Source: a virus
Length of the DNA: 64,000 nt
IMG/VR virus record: IMGVR_UViG_3300028048_000061
Coordinates: 32,001 to 96,000 of that record
Reading direction: 5' to 3' (one strand)
This document shows, one piece after another, positions 30,358-39,817 of this stretch. The position numbers and the translations under genes were made by a program. Every line of letters begins with the position of its first letter. The first letter of the stretch is position 1. The notes below the pieces were generated by a model that ran no database searches, was not told the origin of the DNA, and saw nothing but the letters and a program-made list of their open reading frames with translations.

Positions 30358-30365
30358 TTTATATA
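30358..30365 (+). promoter_or_regulatory. Internal TATA box
   Basis: TTTATATA in the only long gap of the structural operon. Confidence 0.4.
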
Positions 30366-30408
30366 AATACTATATACAATATTAATATATAATGCAGGAG
30401 TATGTTTT

Positions 30409-30510
30409 ATGTTTTTATCACAAGTTGATATGCAAGCAACAGAAATCAAAATAACAAATAAAGAAACAGATGAAGTTAAAATTATAAAGCAAGAAGAGGA
30501 TGAGGAATAA
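30409..30510 (+). CDS. Hypothetical 33-aa acidic peptide (not in ORF track)
   Basis: MFLSQVDMQATEIKITNKETDEVKIIKQEEDEE; GGAG 8 nt upstream; stop abuts the next ATG. Confidence 0.35.
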   Translation: MFLSQVDMQATEIKITNKETDEVKIIKQEEDEE

Positions 30511-30511
30511 A

Positions 30512-30952
30512 ATGACTAAAAAACAACAAATAATTTTTTTAAAAGGTAAAACAGAGGGGTTGAAAACCCTCTTTAATTCAGATAATTTCGGATATCTCGC
30601 TGTCGGATACAAGGAAGAAGATAACGGTTTTGAAAACCCAACTTCCTCACAATCTCAGTCTGAAAATGGGTTTGTTGAAATTAGCAAAAATGACGATGGA
30701 ACATATATGAGGGTTCCTTTACAATTTGTAAAAGAATCCGAAGATTATGATACAGGAAGAACTGTCTGTACTTTTACAGCAACATTGACAACATCAAATA
30801 TCATAAATAATCAACCAATTAATCAATTTGCTATTTGCAATAGTATCAATCCCGATGATTTGAATACAACATTTTATTGCGCATCCACATTCCCAACTTT
30901 CACCAAAAACGAAAATCTTGAAATTAGCTTTACAATTGACTTAGGAATTTAG
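30512..30952 (+). CDS. Tail-fibre attachment/baseplate protein
   Basis: YLAVG..INQFAI..FPTFTKN..FTI pattern typical of fibre N-terminal anchor domains; start refined to 30512. Confidence 0.45.
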   Translation: MTKKQQIIFLKGKTEGLKTLFNSDNFGYLAVGYKEEDNGFENPTSSQSQSENGFVEISKNDDGTYMRVPLQFVKESEDYDTGRTVCTFTATLTTSNIINNQPINQFAICNSINPDDLNTTFYCASTFPTFTKNENLEISFTIDLGI

Positions 30953-30960
30953 GTGATGAA

Positions 30961-33900
30961 ATGCCTTATTACGAACGACACGAAGGAACTTTGTTTCCCG
31001 GAAAAATAGCAAGGTCCGAAGATATTCACCAAATTCAAACAAATATTGATGAGGCTATCCGGTCATTGATTGAAGACCAATACGACCATACAGCATTCAT
31101 CTTGGGCAGTAGAGAAAATGATTTCCTTATTAGCCCAGCTCCAAAAAGACTAGGTCGATATATGGACAATATGAATGCCGTTAATGAATCTAATGAAATA
31201 TGGTTAGATATTGATAATTTCGGATATAAGCAAGCGATAAAAACATCAAAAACATCATTGTATTCTGTTATCGTCAAATTAAGAAACTTATACTCACAAC
31301 CTCAAGATGTAAGCTTTGAATTATGGTCAGAAGACAACAAGATAGCTAAACAAACAGTTACTGTTCCAGCAAAAACGCAAAATTCAGAATTTGAAATCAT
31401 TTTCGGTTTAGACCATTTCTCAACACAACACGGCCGAACCGCAGAGGAATTGGAAAAACCAGATGCAGATTTTATTATGAAGCCGGGCATTGAAAGCCAT
31501 CTTGAAAAAGAATATGCAAGGCCAAATAATCCAAACAATCAATCTATAGGTTCAACAGTATTATATCTTGTCGTAAAGGCAATTCATAAAGCAACAGAAG
31601 TTGTTACAACAGCAGAAGAAGTTGAACTTATTGATGAAAACACCTTTATGATTTGCGCAGACTCTCAAGGAAATTACGGTCAATTATTAGAAAGAACAGC
31701 AGATGATGGTCGTAATTACGAATCAACTGATTACGACTTATTCTTTAAAAGCATATATTCCAATGCTCCAACGTATCTCTGTAACGGAGGAGTAGCTGTT
31801 GTACATGGAGAACCAGTCATTTGTAACGATACTCACGTAACTGTCGATGGAGCAAGTGCTGGAGGAAATACAAAATCATATATTTGTATGGATGCTTGGG
31901 GTCAGCTAAAGAGTTATACATCACATGCTTATTGGGGAGACGAATCAAACGCAATCTTTGATGAATTCCCAAATGGTGACTTAGTTATAGCAATTATATA
32001 CACCTACAATGCTGATACAAAACAACCGAAAATCGTCCAAGATGATACATTAATTGAAGACTTGTTGAAAAAGGATGGATTCGGCGAACACGAGTTCGGT
32101 ATGCCAATCAGACAACGTAGCCACCACGAAAGGTTAAGAAGATTAGAAAAAGAAATGGCTTATCATAGAGATGTGGCAATGCCAAGCCGTTTAAAATATA
32201 ACCTTACGGGTTCTGATATCATAGATGAGGCATCAACAGCAGATGATGGAGGATTGCAGGTATCATCATTAAATGCACAAGCAAATCCTCAACTTACCAT
32301 ATCAGCCAATAAAAAAGCAATTGATTGGTCAAAATACTTTATTGCAACCGACAAATATGGTAATTTTGTTATAAAAAGTATTGATGCAGAAACAGAACAA
32401 ATTCCAGTTACACTAAAAGAAACCCCAACAACCGAAAATAAAACAGGCATTAAATTAGCTCAAACTATCGTATCAACAGAAAATGTCACTATTGATAGAA
32501 ATAAGGGCGTAGCCGAATTAGAAGAATATAAGGTAGAACAACCTAAAAAGGTTGATAAGGCAACATCTGTATACGGAGTTGGATTAACATCTAAAGAAGC
32601 AAAAGAAACTGAATTGAATCCTTGGGATGATAAAGCTGGCAATAGACCAGAAACAGCAGACATCAAGCCAAAAACTCACGTATTCACAATGAAAAAGGGT
32701 GTGAATGGAGTTCACGTACGCAGTAGTGAATATCCTGCCATGACATTATATTTACCAGAAAAAATCACATTAAAGGAATTAGCGGTTCCAGTCACTAAAT
32801 TTAAAAACGTAGAAACCGTTCAATTCCATATATGGGAACGACAAGGCCCTAACAACAAACACAATACAGTATGGTTAGAAAAACTTGTTTACAGTTCAAA
32901 AAAATTCAGTCTTAAAAACGCAAAAACAAAAGACGGATATCAAATTCTTGATGAGCCATTTAAAATAGAGATAAAAGATGGCTTAAAAATGAGAAAGCAC
33001 CAATATATCATTTTAGTACAGATTGTTCCAAAATCCGGTGAGGGCTCTGTTTACGTCGAAACTTACAAGCCAAAAGACTCCACAGATTTCTTAATTAGAT
33101 ATCACGGTTCAGCTGATTGTGCTCACTTCAGACTTAAAACAAGATACAGAGAAGTATGGTATACTTCTTCACAAGGAAAAAATAATGCTACGATAAAAGC
33201 ATATGTAAATGAATTTTACAAAGAAGGCCGTATTGAATCTGGAGAGGTCGTATGGGAAAATAGCGAACCTATTGCTTCAATAACTCCACATATGAATTCT
33301 GTAATCCCAACGGGATGTAGCATAGAGCTTCAAGCAAACGTTGGAAACGGTTGGAAAACGTTAACCAACGAAAAGCCAACAACCATTACAGGAGGAACAA
33401 GCTCATTCAAATGGCGAGCTATTCTTAAAGGAGATGGGAAGCATACACCTCAAATCACTTATGATGAAGATAAAAAATACGCCATTAACTTTACGATTAC
33501 AAAACAAAAACCTCGTGTAGGAACGGGGCTACAAAATAACGAGCTTCAAGATAAAAATGTTCTTACAACCAAAACATTCTATCCCGGAGATATCCTAAGA
33601 AAATACATTGGAGACGACAATCTCAACACTTGCAACAAATTCTCCAATTACGAATGGATTCGTATCTTCGCAGAAAACGAAGGAAATACAAGTGCATTAA
33701 TTGACATTGCTGCGTCTGATAAAAGAATGACAATCAATCCAGTTAATTCAGAAAGCGAATGTCCAAAGAATAATGGCGGAGTATACTCCTCTGGTTTCTG
33801 CGTAACCACAACAAATTCGGATGCTTGTCCACCAGATATCAATCAATATGACGTATTTACACTTTACTACGCCGATTTAACACTCGCAGACTTTATTCAA

Positions 33901-36099
33901 GAAAGTGTAGATTATTCCAATTATGATAACAATATTGAGTATGACGAACATAATTTAAGGTTCAAAATCGATACCGATAAAGCATACAACGATGATGATG
34001 TTGCCTTTATCACGTTACAAGACGCAAAAACATTCGTTGAGGAACGTGATGAATCAAAGATTATCATTGATGGGGGTTCACAAATTGATAATAATGCTCC
34101 AATTACAATCGATACAAATCAAAATTATATTACAGTATTCTTTAATCAATTTGCAACATCACAAGAAAACTTGTATGCAGAAGATAACGCATTTATTTGG
34201 AAATATACATTACCGGGAGATAGGACACTTGATTTAAGTAATTATAGTGCTTTAAAAATTGGATACAATTTCAATTCAGAAAATGCCGATGATACAGAAG
34301 CAACTCTTTCGGGTATAGGATTATACATCAGTTCCGCTATCGAAGAGGAAGCTCCAAGTAATAATTATGATATTGGACAAACCATTGAAGGTAAAGAGAT
34401 TCGTGAATATGAAGATATGGCTCCAGAAACTTTGGTTTCTGAAGAACTTGAGCGATATAAAAATAGTGTTTTAAAAGTTACACGAGTAGTAAATGATGTA
34501 ACTTATGTGGAGTACTATTATTACGAGCCAGATGAAAATGGAGTCTGGAGAAGACATCAATATCATAATGTTCAAAGTTTCACAATATACGAGCTTGGCA
34601 AGTTCACATCCGCACTTAGTACGAATGAAACATCAAATAGTAAGTATATTACCATTCTGATTGATGACCAAAATGAAAATTTCAAATATGTAAAAGAAAT
34701 TGGATTAGTGGCTTTAACAGATAAAGATAAGATTTCTGACGCAGATAAAAATGAATTAAACTTCAATGCTTTAGGAACAAGCTCTCTCCAAATTACAGAC
34801 ATTAAAGGAGTAATTCAAGGATATAGTACAATTTATTCCGCAGAAAAAAGCATAACAATGGCAAATGATAGTTTCAATAAGGAAAATGGACATTATCAAA
34901 CAGCATTGTTTAAGGATGCGTCTGACCAAATTTCCTCTTTAACTCGAGTATACTACAATAACTTGGATGCTAATGGTGAAATGATTGGATATATCAATAA
35001 TGAGACAATCACTTCTGACGCAAATAACTTTGCTATACAATTCGCTTGTGATACATACTTGCCAAAAGACTCTCTTCTTATCAAGCTTTGTTCTGAAAAG
35101 AACGGTGTCAGTCCAGTATTCACTTTGAATATGCCTACATTAAATCAAATCTATTATGACCCATCATTACAAAGCACTCAAATCTTCAATAGAACAGAGG
35201 ATTCAAATACAATCAAAACACTTTCAGGAGGAACTGAAGTCAACAAAATTACAGAAGGAACATATGACGTCTCCTTAAATGACCCACAAATTAAACTACC
35301 GACAGGCGAATCAGAAATAGTCTATAAAATGACTATTGAACCAACAAATACAACATTGAGTGCTGACCAAGATAAATTAGGATGGAATTTGTACCGACAA
35401 AAAGTTACCGCGAATGGCAACAAGGAAGTGTTAGGCAATAAAGAGCTTGTAACAGAAATTTATCCAGCAACAGGAGGAAGCACCAAAATCAAACCGGTAT
35501 TCCTTTTGAAAACTGGAGACTCACTCTATTCAAACACTTATTCTGCAACTGCAGGTGAAAACCATAATGATGAGATGTATGATTCAGAAGCTCAACGATT
35601 CGGTGTTCAATTTGACTACAGCCCAAGCCAATATAAAGTCAAAATTGGATTCAAGGGATACACCACACAAAAAATCACAGCAACATCTGACACCGAACAT
35701 AATGACAAGACTATCACATACAGAAGTGCAGAAGCAGAATTTACCGTCGATATGTATTGGGTAATCAAAAACACAGTAAACTTCTCTCAAATTTACAAGA
35801 AAATCAATGAAGAAAAAAACATCAAGAGTGTATCTATCCATACAACAAACAAGTTCCAAGACTATATGAACACCATTAGGGGAACAAAGAAAACAGACGT
35901 TCTTCCACCATCTGAGGGCATAGCAGCTCCATGTATGCACTTCTTCATCAAGAATATGGTATTGCACGAAGCAGAACATATTCCTATGTTCCATCCAAAC
36001 GTAAGAATGAAGATATACTCAAAGGCTGCGGATGGTAGCGATACAGATGTTGAAGCCGTAGGAGTCAGAAAGATAGGAGCTATAATCGAGTATAAATAA
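30961..36099 (+). CDS. Giant virion structural protein (1712 aa), probable fibre/baseplate component
   Basis: Long, beta-rich and acidic; RLRRLEKEMAY coiled segment; at the end of the structural operon. Confidence 0.5.
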   Translation: MPYYERHEGTLFPGKIARSEDIHQIQTNIDEAIRSLIEDQYDHTAFILGSRENDFLISPAPKRLGRYMDNMNAVNESNEIWLDIDNFGYKQAIKTSKTSLYSVIVKLRNLYSQPQDVSFELWSEDNKIAKQTVTVPAKTQNSEFEIIFGLDHFSTQHGRTAEELEKPDADFIMKPGIESHLEKEYARPNNPNNQSIGSTVLYLVVKAIHKATEVVTTAEEVELIDENTFMICADSQGNYGQLLERTADDGRNYESTDYDLFFKSIYSNAPTYLCNGGVAVVHGEPVICNDTHVTVDGASAGGNTKSYICMDAWGQLKSYTSHAYWGDESNAIFDEFPNGDLVIAIIYTYNADTKQPKIVQDDTLIEDLLKKDGFGEHEFGMPIRQRSHHERLRRLEKEMAYHRDVAMPSRLKYNLTGSDIIDEASTADDGGLQVSSLNAQANPQLTISANKKAIDWSKYFIATDKYGNFVIKSIDAETEQIPVTLKETPTTENKTGIKLAQTIVSTENVTIDRNKGVAELEEYKVEQPKKVDKATSVYGVGLTSKEAKETELNPWDDKAGNRPETADIKPKTHVFTMKKGVNGVHVRSSEYPAMTLYLPEKITLKELAVPVTKFKNVETVQFHIWERQGPNNKHNTVWLEKLVYSSKKFSLKNAKTKDGYQILDEPFKIEIKDGLKMRKHQYIILVQIVPKSGEGSVYVETYKPKDSTDFLIRYHGSADCAHFRLKTRYREVWYTSSQGKNNATIKAYVNEFYKEGRIESGEVVWENSEPIASITPHMNSVIPTGCSIELQANVGNGWKTLTNEKPTTITGGTSSFKWRAILKGDGKHTPQITYDEDKKYAINFTITKQKPRVGTGLQNNELQDKNVLTTKTFYPGDILRKYIGDDNLNTCNKFSNYEWIRIFAENEGNTSALIDIAASDKRMTINPVNSESECPKNNGGVYSSGFCVTTTNSDACPPDINQYDVFTLYYADLTLADFIQESVDYSNYDNNIEYDEHNLRFKIDTDKAYNDDDVAFITLQDAKTFVEERDESKIIIDGGSQIDNNAPITIDTNQNYITVFFNQFATSQENLYAEDNAFIWKYTLPGDRTLDLSNYSALKIGYNFNSENADDTEATLSGIGLYISSAIEEEAPSNNYDIGQTIEGKEIREYEDMAPETLVSEELERYKNSVLKVTRVVNDVTYVEYYYYEPDENGVWRRHQYHNVQSFTIYELGKFTSALSTNETSNSKYITILIDDQNENFKYVKEIGLVALTDKDKISDADKNELNFNALGTSSLQITDIKGVIQGYSTIYSAEKSITMANDSFNKENGHYQTALFKDASDQISSLTRVYYNNLDANGEMIGYINNETITSDANNFAIQFACDTYLPKDSLLIKLCSEKNGVSPVFTLNMPTLNQIYYDPSLQSTQIFNRTEDSNTIKTLSGGTEVNKITEGTYDVSLNDPQIKLPTGESEIVYKMTIEPTNTTLSADQDKLGWNLYRQKVTANGNKEVLGNKELVTEIYPATGGSTKIKPVFLLKTGDSLYSNTYSATAGENHNDEMYDSEAQRFGVQFDYSPSQYKVKIGFKGYTTQKITATSDTEHNDKTITYRSAEAEFTVDMYWVIKNTVNFSQIYKKINEEKNIKSVSIHTTNKFQDYMNTIRGTKKTDVLPPSEGIAAPCMHFFIKNMVLHEAEHIPMFHPNVRMKIYSKAADGSDTDVEAVGVRKIGAIIEYK

Positions 36100-36109
36100 G
36101 GTGATTTAA

Positions 36110-36400
36110 ATGGCAGAAGAATTCGAAGGACAAAGTCATAGCGCTGTAGCGAACATTAGAGCAAGAGAAGACTTGAATAATACAATTACAGAGATTGAAG
36201 GCATTGCGCCTGAAATCTCTAATATTGCTCAAAAAATTGACATTAATTTAGAAAAACAAGTAAACTTGGATGAAATTCACGAATACAATCAAAACAGTCG
36301 CAAAACATTTAATAAACGTTTCACAACAATTGAAAACAAAATCAAAGAGCAAGATGAAAAACTAGATAAAATTTTGTCATTGTTGGAGGATAAAAAATGA
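36110..36400 (+). CDS. Coiled-coil hypothetical protein
   Basis: Heptad-rich; RBS AGGTGA. Confidence 0.5.
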   Translation: MAEEFEGQSHSAVANIRAREDLNNTITEIEGIAPEISNIAQKIDINLEKQVNLDEIHEYNQNSRKTFNKRFTTIENKIKEQDEKLDKILSLLEDKK

Positions 36401-36693
36401 GTATGTTTTCAGACAAGATTTTAAAAGGTATCAACAAACAATTTGACGATAATACTACCTTTAAGACTGTCGAAGATGTTTGTGTAAACATTTATCTTGC
36501 CGATGCTGTATTTCGAGCTTGTTTTATTCTTGACGAAGATAAAGACCTATTAACCTTTGTTGCAACAGATTCTGAAGGACGAGAAAAGCTTAAGGTTATT
36601 AACAAAAACTTCATTCAAAGCGTCGAAATTTATTATTTAGATGATGAAATGACTGAAAAAATGAACGAAGAAGAAGATATAATGGTTAGATAA
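36397..36693 (+). CDS. Hypothetical protein
   Basis: ATGA overlap with the upstream gene. Confidence 0.55.
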   Translation: MSMFSDKILKGINKQFDDNTTFKTVEDVCVNIYLADAVFRACFILDEDKDLLTFVATDSEGREKLKVINKNFIQSVEIYYLDDEMTEKMNEEEDIMVR

Positions 36694-36772
36694 TATTTAA
36701 ATAATAATGATAATATAGTTATTAATATCCATAGTAATATCACCTCCTATTTTATTTTTTTTTGAAAAACTC

Positions 36773-36800
36773 AAAACATAGAAATCTATGTTTTTATTTT
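36773..36800 (+). terminator. Hairpin + U-tract terminator for the structural operon
   Basis: AAAACATAG-AAAT-CTATGTTTT followed by T-rich sequence. Confidence 0.5.
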
Positions 36801-36806
36801 AATATT

Positions 36807-36836
36807 AAAAAAGACTCGCCCAATGGCGAGTCTTTT
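36807..36836 (-). terminator. Hairpin + U-tract terminator after rubrerythrin
   Basis: AAAAGACTCGCC-caat-GGCGAGTCTTTT 12-bp stem; T-run follows on the minus strand. Confidence 0.7.
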
Positions 36837-36868
36837 GACTGGTAAGATTACCTTCACATAAGTCAGCA

Positions 36869-37414
36869 TTAATAGTTTTCATCTAAAAGTTCAAAATAAG
36901 CTTTTGGATGGTCACAAACAGGGCAAATATCTGGAGCTTCCTCTCCTACGTGAATATGGCCGCAATTACCACATTTCCATTTGGTGAGGATATTTTTCTT
37001 GAAAACAGCATCCTCTTCAATATTTGCCAAAAGCTTTGCATATCGTTCTGCGTGATGCTGTTCGATAGCTCCAACTTGTGTAAATAAATCTCCGATTTCA
37101 GTATATCCCTCTTCGTATGCTGTTTTTGCAAAATCGGCATACATTGTATTATATTCATATAATTCTCCCTTAATGCCATCCTTTAAATTTTCTGTTGTCT
37201 CAGGAACGCCATCATGCAATAATTTAAACCAAATCTTTGCGTGTTCCTTTTCGTTGCGAGAGGTCTCATCAAATATGTTTGACATTTGTACAAAGCCATC
37301 TTTTTTTGCTCTACTTGCATAGTATTCGTATTTTACACGTGCTTGAGACTCGCCAGCATATGCTGCGAGTAAATTTTCATATGTTTTTGAATTTTTATCT
37401 AATTTTTTAGTCAT
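36869..37414 (-). CDS. rbr: Rubrerythrin
   Basis: NLLAAYAGESQAR..NEKEHA..EQHHAERY diiron ligands plus a C-terminal CGNCG..CPVC rubredoxin-like site; RBS GGTGA before ATG 37414. Confidence 0.95.
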   Translation of the reverse strand: MTKKLDKNSKTYENLLAAYAGESQARVKYEYYASRAKKDGFVQMSNIFDETSRNEKEHAKIWFKLLHDGVPETTENLKDGIKGELYEYNTMYADFAKTAYEEGYTEIGDLFTQVGAIEQHHAERYAKLLANIEEDAVFKKNILTKWKCGNCGHIHVGEEAPDICPVCDHPKAYFELLDENY

Positions 37415-37482
37415 TTTTTCACCTATATAAGTGTTGTTTGTTTGCATTTACCATATATACACCTCATTTATATAAAATATTA

Positions 37483-39486
37483 TTAATATCGTTTACGTTC
37501 TTTAAATTCACTTATTTTACCTTTATTCCATGTTTTAGTGTTGGTTACATATCCTGTAATACGAGAAAATGTATCTGTTTCAACATGGCAGAACGGACAT
37601 TCGGAAATATTACCTTTAAATGTAGAAAAGCATTGTGGACATAAACTAAATTCGCTAGTAAAGGCAAAGAAATATGCTCCAGTATAGTCTCTGATTTTTT
37701 CACATAAACTTGCTAATGCACTTGCCTGAGCATAGCTTTCACCAAGATACAGATTCATAATATTACCAGCTGGTCCTAATGGTTGATTAGCTCCTTCTAA
37801 TTTAATACGTTCAATAATATCAATTGAATTATCCACAGCAATATGATTACTATTTGTATAATATGGTGCATTTGATGTTCCTTTTGCGTATGAATTTTTA
37901 AATCCAAATCGATTTACCATTTTAGTCGCTAATTTTCCAGCTGCAGATTCACAAGGTGTTTGAAACAATCCCCATCTTAAATTTTCGTTTTGCTTCCATT
38001 CATCTGTGTGTTTTTTCATAAATTTCATTATTTCTTGACATTTATCATTGTTTTCTCTTGATAATGGACCGTACCCGAGAATCTCTAAACATTCAGACAT
38101 TCCTAAATAACCCACAACAATAGTGGCGTCTTCCAAACGATACATTGGAACCCCATTATCGTCTTCTTGAATCATAAAATCAGCAACATGATAATCATAC
38201 CATAATTTTTTAATCCAGTCTAATCGATTTAAATTATAATCATGTACCAAATATAACATTTCTTCAAGAACATCATAAAAATCACGATTATCTTCCTTTG
38301 CTTTTAATGCAACAGCTGGTAAACTAATTGTAGTATAAACGGAATTCCCAGTACCCATACAATCTATATTAGGGTCTCCAGTCCAATTATTCGGTAAAGC
38401 AGAACGACATCCAAGTGTTGACTGATAATCTACGTTATTATTTTTAGCCGAACAAAAATACGGCAATGAAAATTTTGCACTAAGGTCAAATACATTTTCA
38501 AAATCACGTAAATTAGCATTATCGATATTATAAATTAAATTTGGGAAAAATATAGGTTTGCCTTCACCATCACCATTAAATGAGATGTTGGTGATAATAT
38601 CTAAAATCAAACGCGCTTCCTTATCAAAATCGGCGTATGTTTTTGTTAGTTCAACTCCACCCGGCCCAATAGCTTTTTGATTTTTTAAAAATTCAGGACA
38701 TACCATATCTAACGTAATAGAGGAGAACATTGATTGAGACCCTCTATTTTTATGGCTTTGATTCATTTGAAACATAAACCCTTGTAAACTCTGATAAACA
38801 CTTTCATAGGATAAATTTTCCATATATGGAGCTAACATATAATTAAAACAAGCAATGGAAACGCCACCCGCAATATAAGGTGTTGCGAGTCCTAATGTTT
38901 GTTCACAAATTTCTAATGCTGTATCAAAATGTTTAGGTGGTTTAGATACAACTCCAACGTGATTATCTCCATAGGTACGAAGACCTTTTTTAAATACAAA
39001 ACGTGGGTCGAGAGTAAAACAGTTTAAGCCTTTATAAAGCTCTTGTGCAGCATCATGATTGTATACAAGCCCGTATTCACGTGCCTCACGCCATTCATTA
39101 GAATATTGTGTTGTCATATATCGTTTTGCAATCATTTCAAATAAGCTATATTCTAATGCTCCTGCAGTACGTACTTGATTTGCATTGTTTTTATCATAAT
39201 CCTCTAATATATTCATAATATCAGATTCTTTAATGATGACATATGGCTCTTCACTAATTCCTTCTTTTAATAATTGAGATGAGACCTCTGCACGAATTTG
39301 GGGTGTAGAGACTTCCCCCAAACCATCCTTTTTTAGCTTATAAAACTTATCAGCTATTCTTTTTTGAATTTTATATGCTAATTCTTCATCTACACCTGTT
39401 TCATTGACAATCGCTTGACCAATTCTTCGTGGCTTAAAAGGTTCTGCTGTTCCGTCACTATGTATTACTGTTATTTTATCAGTCAT
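37483..39486 (-). CDS. nrdD: Anaerobic (class III) ribonucleoside-triphosphate reductase with N-terminal ATP cone
   Basis: ATP cone at the N-terminus; LNCF and LGCRS cysteines; CPQC..CPFC; SRITGY glycyl-radical motif. Confidence 0.95.
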   Translation of the reverse strand: MTDKITVIHSDGTAEPFKPRRIGQAIVNETGVDEELAYKIQKRIADKFYKLKKDGLGEVSTPQIRAEVSSQLLKEGISEEPYVIIKESDIMNILEDYDKNNANQVRTAGALEYSLFEMIAKRYMTTQYSNEWREAREYGLVYNHDAAQELYKGLNCFTLDPRFVFKKGLRTYGDNHVGVVSKPPKHFDTALEICEQTLGLATPYIAGGVSIACFNYMLAPYMENLSYESVYQSLQGFMFQMNQSHKNRGSQSMFSSITLDMVCPEFLKNQKAIGPGGVELTKTYADFDKEARLILDIITNISFNGDGEGKPIFFPNLIYNIDNANLRDFENVFDLSAKFSLPYFCSAKNNNVDYQSTLGCRSALPNNWTGDPNIDCMGTGNSVYTTISLPAVALKAKEDNRDFYDVLEEMLYLVHDYNLNRLDWIKKLWYDYHVADFMIQEDDNGVPMYRLEDATIVVGYLGMSECLEILGYGPLSRENNDKCQEIMKFMKKHTDEWKQNENLRWGLFQTPCESAAGKLATKMVNRFGFKNSYAKGTSNAPYYTNSNHIAVDNSIDIIERIKLEGANQPLGPAGNIMNLYLGESYAQASALASLCEKIRDYTGAYFFAFTSEFSLCPQCFSTFKGNISECPFCHVETDTFSRITGYVTNTKTWNKGKISEFKERKRY

Positions 39487-39603
39487 TTTTATCACAAATT
39501 ATTTGTTATATTAAAAAAAATATGTTTTTCCGTATAAAATAATTTGTTTATTCAACTATATAAATATTGTGTATGAAAAAAAAGAGTAATAAAAATATAT
39601 TTA

Positions 39604-39636
39604 TCGTATAGGAATTAAGTATAAACTCCTATACGA
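39604..39636. repeat. 10-bp inverted repeat upstream of the nrdD promoter
   Basis: TCGTATAGGA-N13-TCCTATACGA. Confidence 0.6.
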
Positions 39637-39678
39637 GAGAAAAAATATACAAAAGTTTTCTCACTATTAGAGAAAAAA

Positions 39679-39776
39679 TGGAGTTGAGAGGATTTGAACC
39701 TCCGCGTTCTACCTTCGGCAGCGCTCTGGCCTATATATATCTGCCGGCAGATAACCCAAACCTGAGCTACAACTCC
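39679..39776 (-). ncRNA. tRNA-like RNA lacking an anticodon loop, with a 26-nt D-loop insertion (YrlA/Y-RNA-like candidate or tRNA pseudogene)
   Basis: Minus strand: perfect GGAGTTG/CAACTCC acceptor stem, GCTC/GAGC D stem, GGAGG-TTCAAAT-CCTCT T arm; anticodon arm is only CTGCC-GAA-GGTAG. Confidence 0.75.
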
Positions 39777-39782
39777 AAAAAA

Positions 39783-39813
39783 AAGCCAACCTATAATGAT
39801 TATAAGTTGGCTT
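39783..39813 (-). ncRNA. Hairpin followed by a U-run directly 5' of the tRNA-like RNA
   Basis: AAGCCAAC-c-TATAATgATTATA-a-GTTGGCTT near-palindrome; 8 T on the minus strand abut the tRNA-like 5' end. Confidence 0.5.
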
Positions 39814-39817
39814 ATAT

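Noticed and set aside
125-35994. Many 60-165 aa alternative-frame or antisense ORFs in the track (e.g. 3319..3657, 3410..3739, 5959..6375, 11643..11966, 20575..21069, 35584..35994)
   Set aside because: They lie wholly within longer, motif-supported genes, lack SD sequences and look like shadow ORFs.
37419-37454. 11-codon uORF (MVNANKQHLYR) with SD upstream of rubrerythrin
   Set aside because: The TATA box at about 37467-37476 would start transcription downstream of its SD, so it is probably incidental or a relic rather than a leader peptide.
39730-39757. Canonical archaeal BHB intron in the D-loop of the tRNA-like RNA
   Set aside because: I could not build a clean 4-bp central helix between two 3-nt bulges by eye, and splicing would still leave a 3-nt anticodon loop. 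Left open for a SPLITS/tRNAscan check.
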